Notes: generated from the letters alone by a model not told the origin. Counted from the stretch's first letter, positions 27,818 through 36,722 are shown. The stretch: 46,416 nt of DNA from a virus (IMGVR_UViG_3300020042_004802:1-46416), one strand, 5' to 3'. A program made the numbers and translations.

Positions 27818-28445
27818 TGTTATCTTCTTTAAATTCAGTTACATAACTATAATCTGTTTGGTAGTTTGTCTTATTCTCGATTGAGTAAACCGACATATCA
27901 ATCTGATAGCCTGGGTTCTTGTCAATACGATTATAAGTCCAAGCGTTATCCATCCAAATGATTCTGTTGTTTGGGTAGATAAAGTAATTGCCATTGTCCA
28001 TCTTAAATACATGCCCACACTTGTGCTCAGGAGTCTCGGAGAAGTTAGTGTCTAACATACCCTTGTTCTCAAATGCCCAGTCTAGCGTGAACAAGTAAGT
28101 GCCTTGTCTTTTAACGCCTGATATAGATATTAAATCTGCTTTTAATCCCGACATCCTTGCCCTAACTTGAACATCCACATATGAGCTAAAGCAGTCCCAG
28201 TACATATACTCTGTAAGAGGGAGTTCCTCAGCATCTTTTCTCCAGCAGAATGCGTGGATAGGTCTGCGTGTCCAATTAACTCCGTTCTCAAGGAATGCTT
28301 CAAACAAAGGAATTCTTTTCTCTATAGATGCTACTGAGTGTACATCGCATAGCGTGTATTCTCCGTGACCTTTAGTGTGGTTGAACAAGAACTCATTGCG
28401 GATGAAACAAGTTAGTGTGGGGATGTTATGATTTAAGTAAGGCAT
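27807..28445 (-). CDS. Conserved phage hypothetical protein
   Basis: MPYLNHNIP...WDCFS...YLFTLDW...EHKCGH...YPNNRI motifs seen widely in aquatic phages; function unknown. Confidence 0.7.
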   Translation of the reverse strand: MPYLNHNIPTLTCFIRNEFLFNHTKGHGEYTLCDVHSVASIEKRIPLFEAFLENGVNWTRRPIHAFCWRKDAEELPLTEYMYWDCFSSYVDVQVRARMSGLKADLISISGVKRQGTYLFTLDWAFENKGMLDTNFSETPEHKCGHVFKMDNGNYFIYPNNRIIWMDNAWTYNRIDKNPGYQIDMSVYSIENKTNYQTDYSYVTEFKEDNNEG

Positions 28446-28640
28446 TTATTTTAGTTTTATAATATCTTTTAATTGTTTCCAAATAGACTCAGATTGTTCT
28501 CCCCAGTAATGGTCGCATTTACCATCTTTGTCGACAGGTGGTATCAAGAAGTAAGCCTGATATTCATCTGCCTTGGCGGTAAACCGATAGCATTTTTCTT
28601 TGTGTGGACAATCTTTGCCAGAGCATTTAGTTATGTCCAT
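28446..28640 (-). CDS. Small Cys-rich protein
   Basis: MDITKCSGKDCPHKEKCYRF...CDHYW. Confidence 0.7.
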   Translation of the reverse strand: MDITKCSGKDCPHKEKCYRFTAKADEYQAYFLIPPVDKDGKCDHYWGEQSESIWKQLKDIIKLK

Positions 28641-28893
28641 TTCCTAAATATTTAGCGATGCCTTTCTCAACATCATTGAATGTTTCAACTTCTATTTCAG
28701 CAATACTAAAATGACGTCTCTCGTGCTCCCACGTTCTATTACGTCCTGTAAAGATAATCATAAGGTAATGATAGGTATCATTTTCCTTTAAAAGCATTAA
28801 ACTCCCAGCGTCAGGAACCATATAATACAAATACCCTAACGAAGCAATATGCTTCTTAGTCTTATTAATGAGTTGTGTTTTAGTCCTAGTCAT
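28627..28893 (-). CDS. Hypothetical protein
   Basis: 88 aa, overlapping neighbours. Confidence 0.55.
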   Translation of the reverse strand: MTRTKTQLINKTKKHIASLGYLYYMVPDAGSLMLLKENDTYHYLMIIFTGRNRTWEHERRHFSIAEIEVETFNDVEKGIAKYLGNGHN

Positions 28894-29173
28894 TGTCGTA
28901 GTCGTACTTGAGTAAGAAAAGGTTTATGATATTCTCATCCATATAAACGTAGTTGTTGTTGGAGAAACGAATTTCTCCGTCAAGCATTGTCATCTTATAG
29001 TTCTTAATGAACTTGATGAAATCCCCAAGGATTAAGTTTGGATTCGATAGCTTTGAATTAATCAGAGCCTGTCCTTTTTCGCCGTGAACATAGCCACGAT
29101 GATACGCTCCTCGTAAGGAAATCTTAACTTCCTCAAGGATGTCTTCTAGTGTGTCTTCTAGTACGTCTTTCAT
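28886..29173 (-). CDS. Hypothetical protein
   Basis: 95 aa, ATGA-coupled to the upstream gene. Confidence 0.55.
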   Translation of the reverse strand: MKDVLEDTLEDILEEVKISLRGAYHRGYVHGEKGQALINSKLSNPNLILGDFIKFIKNYKMTMLDGEIRFSNNNYVYMDENIINLFLLKYDYDND

Positions 29174-29667
29174 TGTTTGGTTGGGTTATAGTATTGTAAA
29201 TTTGTTCTGTTAGGTCTTTCTCCCCGAAGCATCATAGCTAAGTGGGTCTCTTGTACATTGTAATAAATACTTGCCAACTTTATAGATTCATAAATTTGAC
29301 TGGTTAATAAATCTATTACTGGTGTTGTTTTATATAATTTATTATCAATAGCGTGTTTTATATTTTCCTTGCGAGTATTCCATTCTAAGTTATCGACTCT
29401 ATTATTAGTTTTAATTCCATCAATATGGTTTACTTCTTCTTTGTTATCAGGGTTTGGAATGAATGCCAATGCAACGGCTCTATGAATAGAAATTGCCTTA
29501 AATTTACAATAGCTCCATAAAGCAACTGACAAATAGCCTTTAACTGGACTAGATTTCAGAACTCTTTCTTTCCTACATCCAACACCTTTTAATCTTTTTA
29601 TCCTTCCAAGGTTAGATACCTGATATAACCCCTTATACCCTTCAATATCTTTCCAAATTTCTTCCAT
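29170..29667 (-). CDS. NUMOD4-HNH homing endonuclease
   Basis: EIWKDIEGYKGLYQVSNLGRIK; HRAVALAFIPNP...VNHIDGIKTNNRVDNLEW. Confidence 0.9.
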   Translation of the reverse strand: MEEIWKDIEGYKGLYQVSNLGRIKRLKGVGCRKERVLKSSPVKGYLSVALWSYCKFKAISIHRAVALAFIPNPDNKEEVNHIDGIKTNNRVDNLEWNTRKENIKHAIDNKLYKTTPVIDLLTSQIYESIKLASIYYNVQETHLAMMLRGERPNRTNLQYYNPTKQ

Positions 29668-30431
29668 TACTTCTTGTGTTTAAACATTAAATCTATTGTT
29701 GACTGGTAATCCTTACATTCGATTACCTGATACGATTCATTCTCTTCAAACAACCACACCAAGTACAATCTCCCAATCTTAATGTTGGTATTCTTCTCAA
29801 TGATATACTTGTATAGGTTTAGCTGAAGCGAATACGCCTCGAACTCACACTCCTCTATAAAAGAGATAGGCGCTTTGAAACGCTTGCGATAGTCTGACTT
29901 CATTCGTATCTGCTTGTTGGTCTTGTAATCCCATATCTGATACTCCTTAAGTTTCTCATTATAGAATAGACAATCCACCATCCCTCCTACCCCAAGTTCA
30001 GCATCCCCAATAACTAACTCCATAGTGATAGGTGTTAGGGCAGGGGAGGCATCACGATAGAAGTCTAAAAACATTTCCACACATCTATCGTATCGTTCTT
30101 TGATATGGTCTTCGCCGAACTTATCTATAACGACCTGAGAATTGTATGGGAATATCTTATTGAACCAGTAGTTCTCCGCAAAGTTGTGAACCAACGTGCC
30201 TTTCATACCCGCAAACTCTCGTTTATAATCCCATTCGGCAAGGACATCCTCTACAGGAACGCCTAGCTTTTTAGCTGACTTCTCAGCCATTACCTTGGCA
30301 TTAAACTCAGGCTTAAATAGCTTAAGGAATCCCGTACCTGATACTAACTCCTGCTCTCCTATAAAATACTTATGAGGTTCGTCATAGTATTTGATATGGG
30401 AAAACTTCTTGAGTTCTTGGTATATGTTCAT
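29667..30431 (-). CDS. PD-(D/E)XK (Cas4/RecB-like) exonuclease
   Basis: GTLVHNFAE...E...GMVDCL...IWDYKTNK...YSLQLNLY. Confidence 0.85.
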   Translation of the reverse strand: MNIYQELKKFSHIKYYDEPHKYFIGEQELVSGTGFLKLFKPEFNAKVMAEKSAKKLGVPVEDVLAEWDYKREFAGMKGTLVHNFAENYWFNKIFPYNSQVVIDKFGEDHIKERYDRCVEMFLDFYRDASPALTPITMELVIGDAELGVGGMVDCLFYNEKLKEYQIWDYKTNKQIRMKSDYRKRFKAPISFIEECEFEAYSLQLNLYKYIIEKNTNIKIGRLYLVWLFEENESYQVIECKDYQSTIDLMFKHKK

Positions 30432-30432
30432 A

Positions 30433-31854
30433 TTAAAAAGGGGCTATTTTTACATCGTTATCAAAGTCAACTTCCATCTTAGATAATACAGAGTTCTTGT
30501 AGGCAGGCTCTTGAGCCGTGAACCTAAATAATTCATCCTCCTCATCTGCGATTCTATTAGTAGTCACGTCGCAGTACCTAACAATACCGCCCGTCATACC
30601 ATCTCTATTCTTTAGTAATATAAACTCTAGCGTGTAGTCGTTATCAGGCACGGGCAAGTTGTTCGCCCTAGCATCCGCTTGTGCATAGTAGTATGGTCTA
30701 TATAATCCAATAACAACAGATGCATCTTGCTCGATGTTACCCGAACTTCTGATATCAGATAACTGAGGGCGCTTATCACTCCGACCCTCAGCACCACGAG
30801 ACAACTGACTTAGGCATATGATTGGAATGTTCAACTTCCTAGTCAACTTTTGTATCTTGTTGGAGACAGATGATACCTGAGTAAAGTCATCCTGCCCACG
30901 CATCTGATTGTCTCGAATCAATTGCATATAATCTATTACTACAATATCTATCTTGTTCTTACGACACTCCGTTGTCAACACCATTGATAGGTAGTTGATG
31001 TCCCGATTGTCTGAGTCGTAAAAGAATATAGGCAACCGCTTAAGTTCTCTAGCATTAGATAATCTAATCTTAGCAACGTCCTCTTGGGTGATGCGATTAG
31101 CTTTGATGTCTGAGTACTTGTAGTCGGGTGCTTCAGATGAAATGTAGCGATACATTAGCGACTCCTTCGGCATCTCTAGCGAAAGGAATAGCACACGCTT
31201 ACCTGCCTTAGCGGAGGCTTTGGCGAAATCTAATCCAACGATAGTCTTTCCCATAGAGGGACGCGCCGCTACAACAATCATCCCCTCTTGCCATCCACCT
31301 AGTGCATAGTTTAACTTCCGTGAGCCTGTGTCTATCCCCGAAAACTTTACATTGCCAGCGTTAGCTTCTAGCTTATCCATAACGTTGTCGTAAACTTCGC
31401 CAAGGGAAAAGATTTCAGAACTAACAGAACTCGTCTCAACAAATGATACTCCCTGTTCAATGATGCTCTGAATAACAGATACATCCTCGCCGTGGGTTAT
31501 CGCCTTATCTATCTCATTAGCTATAGACTGATAGATTCTTTTCTGTTCTAATGCCTTTAATTCTTGACACGCTGAAGTCAACTCAATTGTTGTCTTTGGA
31601 GTCATTGTTAATAGCTTAGGCGGTTCGTCCGCTAAGAACCGAGAACTATCGCTGATGGGCTTAAAAATATCAAAACGAGTGTACGCCTTATTACTTAAAT
31701 AAAACTCTCTCATCGCCAAATATGCCGTCCTGTGGAGGTCGTAAGTAAACGCATCCTCACCTATTATTTTAACCGCGTCCTTTACTAAGTGTGGTTTATC
31801 TAATAGGTAAGCTATTACGTCTTCTTCTAGTAGCTTATCGTGTGTGTGTGCCAT
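30433..31854 (-). CDS. dnaB: DnaB-like replicative helicase
   Basis: Walker A AARPSMGKT, FLSLEM, VVIDYMQL, LSQLSR, RPQLSDIRSSGNIEQDA, KNRDG. Confidence 0.95.
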   Translation of the reverse strand: MAHTHDKLLEEDVIAYLLDKPHLVKDAVKIIGEDAFTYDLHRTAYLAMREFYLSNKAYTRFDIFKPISDSSRFLADEPPKLLTMTPKTTIELTSACQELKALEQKRIYQSIANEIDKAITHGEDVSVIQSIIEQGVSFVETSSVSSEIFSLGEVYDNVMDKLEANAGNVKFSGIDTGSRKLNYALGGWQEGMIVVAARPSMGKTIVGLDFAKASAKAGKRVLFLSLEMPKESLMYRYISSEAPDYKYSDIKANRITQEDVAKIRLSNARELKRLPIFFYDSDNRDINYLSMVLTTECRKNKIDIVVIDYMQLIRDNQMRGQDDFTQVSSVSNKIQKLTRKLNIPIICLSQLSRGAEGRSDKRPQLSDIRSSGNIEQDASVVIGLYRPYYYAQADARANNLPVPDNDYTLEFILLKNRDGMTGGIVRYCDVTTNRIADEEDELFRFTAQEPAYKNSVLSKMEVDFDNDVKIAPF

Positions 31855-31856
31855 TG

Positions 31857-32402
31857 TTAAAAGTTGGTTTTGTATTTAAGAGAGGTATAGTTTTTGCATT
31901 TACCATTCAGCATTCTACTTAAATATGGGGCGCTTATTGAGTAGGCTAAACTAGCCTGTCTTATAGATTCATATACTTCTCCATTTAAATAATTAATTAC
32001 CTGCTTAGATTTTGCGATACCAATTCTCTGTCTATGTAAGTCTGTAAATACCAATGGCTTCCTTAGTCCAATTTTCCACGAATGTTTAATGTTTTCGTGA
32101 CCTGTATTCCATTCTAAATTCGAGATGTAATTATTAATCTTTATGCCATCAATATGGTTTACCTGTTTCTTTTTATCAGGATTCGGAATGAATTCTATAG
32201 CAACAATACGATGAACTTTTAGTGTTTTAATTTTTCCTAACTTATATAGATTCACTTTTAAATATCCTTTATCATTAACTATGTTTTTTAATATTAAAAC
32301 TCGTTCATTGCCGTAGTGGTCTATTAAACTTTTTATTCGACCATAGGAACTTACTTTATATAGTCCCTCATAACCTGTTATGTCTTTCCAAATCTCTTGC
32401 AT
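31857..32402 (-). CDS. NUMOD4-HNH homing endonuclease
   Basis: EIWKDITGYEGLYKVSSYGRIKS; HRIVAIEFIPNP...VNHIDGIKINNYISNLEW. Confidence 0.9.
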   Translation of the reverse strand: MQEIWKDITGYEGLYKVSSYGRIKSLIDHYGNERVLILKNIVNDKGYLKVNLYKLGKIKTLKVHRIVAIEFIPNPDKKKQVNHIDGIKINNYISNLEWNTGHENIKHSWKIGLRKPLVFTDLHRQRIGIAKSKQVINYLNGEVYESIRQASLAYSISAPYLSRMLNGKCKNYTSLKYKTNF

Positions 32403-32417
32403 TGTATTTAAAATAAG

Positions 32418-32516
32418 AAAGCCCGCTACGTGAGAGAGTAGCAGGCTTTAGTGGATTTTAATCCTAAAAACCACTGAAAAGCTCTCACCCTTTTCACTGG
32501 TCGTGCTACAAATGTA
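32418..32516 (-). promoter_or_regulatory. Promoter -7 element plus kissing-loop RNA leader A
   Basis: TACATTTG (32509-32516); hairpin 32471-32500 with loop GGTGAGAG; hairpin 32418-32449 with loop TCTCTCAC, then a U-rich tract. Confidence 0.65.
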
Positions 32517-32533
32517 ATTAGATTTTATTTTAT

Positions 32534-33178
32534 TTAATAATCACTTGGTATATTAATTTCACTTATTTTTTTTGATTGTGGAATTGTTGCGGTAGAGTCG
32601 ATAGGTATCTCGTCTTCCCATACGCGATGACCTAGGTAGCGTTCTGGGTCTTTCCTATACTTCACTTCTCTAGTAGCTATGTAATTAGGTAGCGCTAAAA
32701 ATATAGCATCTATCTCTTTCTCTTTTAACTTAACCCATTTAGCCTTAGTCTTGTCCTTACCTACCTTCTTATTGTAGATATTCCAAAAATCTTCAAAGCG
32801 CTCAATAGATTTATTATTTTCTTTATTATTATATTCTTTATTATGTGCCCCTGTAGGGACAGAGGTATGCCCTTCTACGGACATAGGGGTATGCCCCTGT
32901 AGGGACATAGGGTATGTAAGTCTAATCTCCCTAGATTCTATCTCATTATTAGCCTTTCTTTTGATTACCGACTTAATAAGATTCATTGATTCTAGTTTGT
33001 ATATACACTTTCTTATACCTGATACTCCTATCCCAAGTGCATTCCCCAAGTAAGCATTACTAGCAAAGCAGTATCCTTCCTTAGCTGACAAACTATTTAA
33101 TAATCCCATCAGATTTTTTTCTGATGCGGTCAAATCTGTTCGCGCCAATAAATCATATGGGATTGTTATAAAATTCAT
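32534..33178 (-). CDS. Phage replication initiator (N-terminal HTH, lambda O-like organisation)
   Basis: LTASEKNL...GYCFASNAYL N-domain; internal DNA repeats and Asn/Lys-rich linker; FEDFWNIYNKKVGK...PERYL C-domain; upstream of dnaB. Confidence 0.8.
   Translation of the reverse strand: MNFITIPYDLLARTDLTASEKNLMGLLNSLSAKEGYCFASNAYLGNALGIGVSGIRKCIYKLESMNLIKSVIKRKANNEIESREIRLTYPMSLQGHTPMSVEGHTSVPTGAHNKEYNNKENNKSIERFEDFWNIYNKKVGKDKTKAKWVKLKEKEIDAIFLALPNYIATREVKYRKDPERYLGHRVWEDEIPIDSTATIPQSKKISEINIPSDY
32812..32907. repeat. Iteron array plus AT-rich tract inside the initiator gene (probable origin)
   Basis: TGCCCCTGTAGGGACA (32846), TGCCCTTCTACGGACA (32868), TGCCCCTGTAGGGACA (32892), next to an AT-rich run at ~32812-32844. 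Confidence 0.75.
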
Positions 33179-33393
33179 ATTGCTCTTCTTAACTTCTCGT
33201 TTACTTCGTTCAAATCATTTACCATATCCTGAACAATATCTACTAACTTCTTGAATGATTCCATCTCAGGTCGCGCATATTTGAATAGAGCAGAGTAATC
33301 TTTTATGTCTTGCTCAAGGTTAACTTTGCGCAGGTTAAGTACCGCTCGATGACACATTATCTCTAGTTCATCGTTAGCTTGTTGTGTGTTCAT
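33175..33393 (-). CDS. Small helical hypothetical protein
   Basis: 72 aa, ATGA-coupled to the initiator gene. Confidence 0.6.
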   Translation of the reverse strand: MNTQQANDELEIMCHRAVLNLRKVNLEQDIKDYSALFKYARPEMESFKKLVDIVQDMVNDLNEVNEKLRRAI

Positions 33394-33408
33394 AAGTACA
33401 AAAATAAA

Positions 33409-33511
33409 CCCCCAAACCTTGTTGCGCAGGTAAGGGGGCGGTTCAAGTTGCCTTGAATACCGAATGAGATGACCGCAACTTCACCTCATCCGATTGTACG
33501 ATTCAAATGTA
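33409..33511 (-). promoter_or_regulatory. Promoter -7 element plus kissing-loop RNA leader B
   Basis: TACATTTG (33504-33511); hairpin 33461-33492 with loop AGTTGCGG; middle hairpin 33442-33457; hairpin 33409-33438 with loop GCGCAACA, then a U-rich tract. Confidence 0.65.
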
Positions 33512-33526
33512 CAACATTAGTTTTAA

Positions 33527-33799
33527 TTAGTCAACAAATGTAAGATTATTTATATTCATTGTCGGAATACCAATAGTCCTAAACATCTCTTTTGGATGCG
33601 TAAAGATTAGCGTCCTAAAGTCGGGTGTCCCCTCAAGGAATACACCAAAATCGCTGATTATCCTACTACCTAATCTATACTCTACTAGGTATTTTGCCCC
33701 TTGGATTAGTTTACTTGTGTCTACTGCTGGATTATACACCTCATAGATGTCTTTCTTTGCTCCTGATGATGTTAAATATGTTCCTACTACTTTTCTCAT
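33527..33799 (-). CDS. Hypothetical protein
   Basis: 90 aa in a packed array. Confidence 0.55.
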   Translation of the reverse strand: MRKVVGTYLTSSGAKKDIYEVYNPAVDTSKLIQGAKYLVEYRLGSRIISDFGVFLEGTPDFRTLIFTHPKEMFRTIGIPTMNINNLTFVD

Positions 33800-33801
33800 A
33801 A

Positions 33802-34038
33802 CTATTTTTTATTTAAAATGATTTCAAAATTTCCTTGTGTTACTACTACCTTCCCATCAACTGATGTGAAAGTTACTCCGTGACCATAAACCCTAAAGGT
33901 ATTTGCACAATAGGTGCTGAACTCGGTCTTAATTGTGTACTTACTTGTTGGTCGCGATAAATACAATGTGATTGCCACACCAAATAAACAAAACACGCCA
34001 ACAAGAATTACGATTAACTCGCCTGATAACTTTCTCAT
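33802..34038 (-). CDS. Hypothetical membrane-anchored protein
   Basis: N-terminal hydrophobic helix. Confidence 0.55.
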   Translation of the reverse strand: MRKLSGELIVILVGVFCLFGVAITLYLSRPTSKYTIKTEFSTYCANTFRVYGHGVTFTSVDGKVVVTQGNFEIILNKK

Positions 34039-34349
34039 ATCTCTACCTCAATTTGTTTAACGATTGTGTTTCCCTTGTAAGTAGTTACTTCTTGATAGTC
34101 AGTAACGCGAGACGTTAGTACGCCATCAGGTGATTCGATAATATGAACCCATACCTTGCGCGGGCGTTTTGATAGATATATTCTATCTACACTAGTTCCC
34201 GCCCCGACTTTATCTTTCCAACCAATGGCATATCCATCTCTAACTGATATGATTTCAAATGGGCTTTGATTTGTATCGGCAATATAAGCGTCATATAATC
34301 CAATCTGATATAACGCGTAATCGAACTCAATTTTTTCTTGATTTTTCAT
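34035..34349 (-). CDS. Hypothetical protein
   Basis: Start placed at MKNQEK after an A-rich leader. Confidence 0.5.
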   Translation of the reverse strand: MKNQEKIEFDYALYQIGLYDAYIADTNQSPFEIISVRDGYAIGWKDKVGAGTSVDRIYLSKRPRKVWVHIIESPDGVLTSRVTDYQEVTTYKGNTIVKQIEVEI

Positions 34350-34442
34350 TTCTTTGTTTGGTTTTATAAAACGATTAAATAATAAGCAAAACATATTGAT
34401 GCGATAATTATAACGACCTCTATTAGGTCGACGTAGGTGTTC

Positions 34443-34715
34443 TTAGAATTCATCTTTAGTTCGGATAGTTAGTTTAACTGGACACGATGCATTGTAGTCT
34501 GATGGATGCCCATCGGTTGTATTATATACGCTTACTGATACATCATCCTCATATATTAAATGAATGTCGAACACAACACCATTGAACTCAAAGGTATGCC
34601 ACTCGTCTAGTTCTAGATAATCTATTAATATCTCGCAGTCAACCTTGTTGACACGAGCATATACACACATCCTCTGCTTGAAAGGATTAATTATCACGTT
34701 GAAGTGTGTTGCCAT
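34443..34715 (-). CDS. Hypothetical protein
   Basis: 90 aa. Confidence 0.55.
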   Translation of the reverse strand: MATHFNVIINPFKQRMCVYARVNKVDCEILIDYLELDEWHTFEFNGVVFDIHLIYEDDVSVSVYNTTDGHPSDYNASCPVKLTIRTKDEF

Positions 34716-34926
34716 TTGCTATGATTTGTAATAGTTTAAGATTCTCTGAGTTAGCCTTAGAGATGTTGTCCTCCAAGGCTTTGTGCAGTTCATACAATTC
34801 GTTAATCAACACGTCGACTAGGTCGTCCGTGTACAACTTTGCTAAGTGTTCCATCTCCCGATATTCCACTGGTTCAATGCGACAATCTAATATCGCATTG
34901 ATGATTTTTTCTCGTTGGTTTCCCAT
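34687..34926 (-). CDS. Hypothetical protein
   Basis: Start placed at MGNQREK. Confidence 0.5.
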   Translation of the reverse strand: MGNQREKIINAILDCRIEPVEYREMEHLAKLYTDDLVDVLINELYELHKALEDNISKANSENLKLLQIIANGNTLQRDN

Positions 34927-34985
34927 TACTTGTTGTTGTTTAATAGCCACATTAGGTGGGCTAAGTCTTCATGATTCATATGTAT

Positions 34986-35153
34986 TTAGTCTAGTGCGCT
35001 TACAAGCGCTTGGATGTCATTAATTAAAGTAAACTCTTCGTAGAACTCTCCATTAGTTCCGCCATCGGACGTGTACATTCTATCCGCTAGTTTCGTGCGT
35101 AATTCTTCTAGCAGTTTGTCTGCTAGGGCTTTGGTTGCTTCGTGCTTTGTCAT
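34986..35153 (-). CDS. Small hypothetical protein (55 aa, MTKHEATKALADK...), not in ORF track
   Basis: Translated by hand; ATGA overlap with the upstream gene, which also starts MTKHEA. Confidence 0.55.
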   Translation of the reverse strand: MTKHEATKALADKLLEELRTKLADRMYTSDGGTNGEFYEEFTLINDIQALVSALD

Positions 35154-35419
35154 CTTGAAAAGTTAAAGTTATTGTAATTCCTATCCTTGAATTTATCTGA
35201 ATAATAAATTTCATTTCCTTGGTATCCACCTATTGAAATCTGAGACGCATATTCAATATGGTCTTCCCTTTCAATACAAGAATCGTAAACCTCAAATCCA
35301 TTGCTAGTCTCGCCTATAAAAATTCCTAAACTCCACTGCATTGAATCATTCCATCTATGAGATATTGTATCCCCGATTTTAACATTATCTAATCTATTAA
35401 TTGCTTCGTGCTTGGTCAT
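35150..35419 (-). CDS. Hypothetical protein
   Basis: 89 aa. Confidence 0.55.
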   Translation of the reverse strand: MTKHEAINRLDNVKIGDTISHRWNDSMQWSLGIFIGETSNGFEVYDSCIEREDHIEYASQISIGGYQGNEIYYSDKFKDRNYNNFNFSR

Positions 35420-35426
35420 AAGATTG

Positions 35427-35639
35427 TTATTCAGTTATTAATATTTTTAGTTTTGTTAGCATCTCTTCTCCGCCATCGAATACGCCATTATAGTGTATCC
35501 AATATCTTAGTAATTCAAAGTCCCTTAGTTTCATATTTTTAATGAAATGTTCCTCGTAGGTTTTTTCGGGAAAGTTAATGGCATCTATTTCTGCCATACT
35601 ATTTGCTAGGTATTGCTTAAGTTTATCTGATTGTGTCAT
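35427..35639 (-). CDS. Hypothetical protein
   Basis: 70 aa. Confidence 0.55.
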   Translation of the reverse strand: MTQSDKLKQYLANSMAEIDAINFPEKTYEEHFIKNMKLRDFELLRYWIHYNGVFDGGEEMLTKLKILITE

Positions 35640-35643
35640 AATA

Positions 35644-35841
35644 TTATATTTCTGAGTCGTCGTTTAAAAACATTATTGATATTAATTCTGAGTTATTCTC
35701 TTCGTCGTACAAGTCCTCCTCGACGTGCCATACACGCTCTTCGTTTGAGTCTCTGTCAGTACGATAGAAAACCTCTACCTTAGATAAATCGTGGGACTTA
35801 TCTAGTTCCAATAGATAGGTCAATAGTTCGTTCGCTCTCAT
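35644..35841 (-). CDS. Small acidic hypothetical protein
   Basis: Start at MRANELL, TAATG-coupled to the upstream gene. Confidence 0.55.
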   Translation of the reverse strand: MRANELLTYLLELDKSHDLSKVEVFYRTDRDSNEERVWHVEEDLYDEENNSELISIMFLNDDSEI

Positions 35842-36104
35842 TATTTTTGCTCGGTTAGAATGTTGCTCGTGGAATTTGTCGTTGCCACGGTGATTTGATT
35901 CTTGGTGGCGTAGCGTACTACCCAATCCATTTGCTTCTCGGAAATTTCACCCATCCAAAAAAAGATGTCCATAATATTTCTGATAGCGGGCGCTTCTTTA
36001 TCGCCAGTCTTGGCGTACATACGTTCCTTGCAAAAGTCTCTGATTGCACTTGCGTAGCGTGAGCGCAATTCATTGTTGGTTTCTAAAATTTCTCTGACAT
36101 TCAT
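35841..36104 (-). CDS. Early hypothetical protein
   Basis: Start at MNVREIL, 7 nt after pseudoknot copy 1. Confidence 0.6.
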   Translation of the reverse strand: MNVREILETNNELRSRYASAIRDFCKERMYAKTGDKEAPAIRNIMDIFFWMGEISEKQMDWVVRYATKNQITVATTNSTSNILTEQK

Positions 36105-36111
36105 AAGATTA

Positions 36112-36137
36112 TGCGGTTGACCTATACACCGCAAGGT
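36112..36137 (-). ncRNA. Pre-start pseudoknot motif, copy 1
   Basis: ACCT-TGCGGT-GTAT-AGGT-CA-ACCGCA. Confidence 0.7.
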
Positions 36138-36143
36138 GATATG

Positions 36144-36344
36144 TTAATTATTTTTTATGTTTTCTATTTGACTCATTAAATACTCGATTGCTTGGTAGTT
36201 AATCTCATCCTCTGATAATTCAAAGGCGCGACCCGATAGCATTTCTATGTACAATTTGCCCCTCACTATGGAGGTAATAAACCCATTTTCTTGGGCGATT
36301 AAGTCTAGATTTTTTTGTGCGTAACGCAATGTTGAAAGTTCCAT
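36144..36344 (-). CDS. Early hypothetical protein
   Basis: 66 aa, preceded by pseudoknot copy 2. Confidence 0.6.
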   Translation of the reverse strand: MELSTLRYAQKNLDLIAQENGFITSIVRGKLYIEMLSGRAFELSEDEINYQAIEYLMSQIENIKNN

Positions 36345-36355
36345 AAGATTTGTTA

Positions 36356-36379
36356 TCGGTTACCTATACACCGAAAGGT
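36356..36379 (-). ncRNA. Pre-start pseudoknot motif, copy 2
   Basis: ACCT-T-TCGGT-GTAT-AGGT-A-ACCGA. Confidence 0.7.
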
Positions 36380-36388
36380 TATATGTTA

Positions 36389-36664
36389 TTAGTTATTTAA
36401 TGACTCTTTGTAAGCATTGAATATGGCTAAAAACTCAGGTAGACAATCCTTTGCCGAACGACCTTTCAGTCCGTAGTACCTTTTGATGTCCGTAAATTTG
36501 ATGCCTCTACAAGTCATCCCCGAAGCCATAATTCCTAGGTTAAACTTGTGAACCGCTAACTGATATGCGAAATAGTCTATCTTACCATTTGCTGAAGATA
36601 CACTTGGTGTGCGTAAAGCGCCTAATCTAGCTTGCTCAACTGCTTGTTCGAATTGTGATTTCAT
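36389..36664 (-). CDS. Early hypothetical protein
   Basis: 91 aa, preceded by pseudoknot copy 3. Confidence 0.65.
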   Translation of the reverse strand: MKSQFEQAVEQARLGALRTPSVSSANGKIDYFAYQLAVHKFNLGIMASGMTCRGIKFTDIKRYYGLKGRSAKDCLPEFLAIFNAYKESLNN

Positions 36665-36677
36665 AATAGATAATATA

Positions 36678-36701
36678 ACGATTGCCTATACATCGTGAGG
36701 T
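36678..36701 (-). ncRNA. Pre-start pseudoknot motif, copy 3
   Basis: ACCT-C-ACGAT-GTAT-AGGC-A-ATCGT, with compensatory changes in stem 2. Confidence 0.7.
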
Positions 36702-36722
36702 CAAAATGCTGATAGTGGAATT

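Noticed and set aside
29667-30431. Cas4-like nuclease as part of a CRISPR or defence system
   Set aside because: Stand-alone PD-(D/E)XK nuclease next to dnaB, a normal phage recombination context.
34411-34440. Possible sixth pseudoknot copy (ACCT...CGACCT-AATAG-AGGTCG on the minus strand)
   Set aside because: Folds better as a simple hairpin, lacks the GTAT linker and stem-2 geometry, and is not at the typical distance from the likely ATG.
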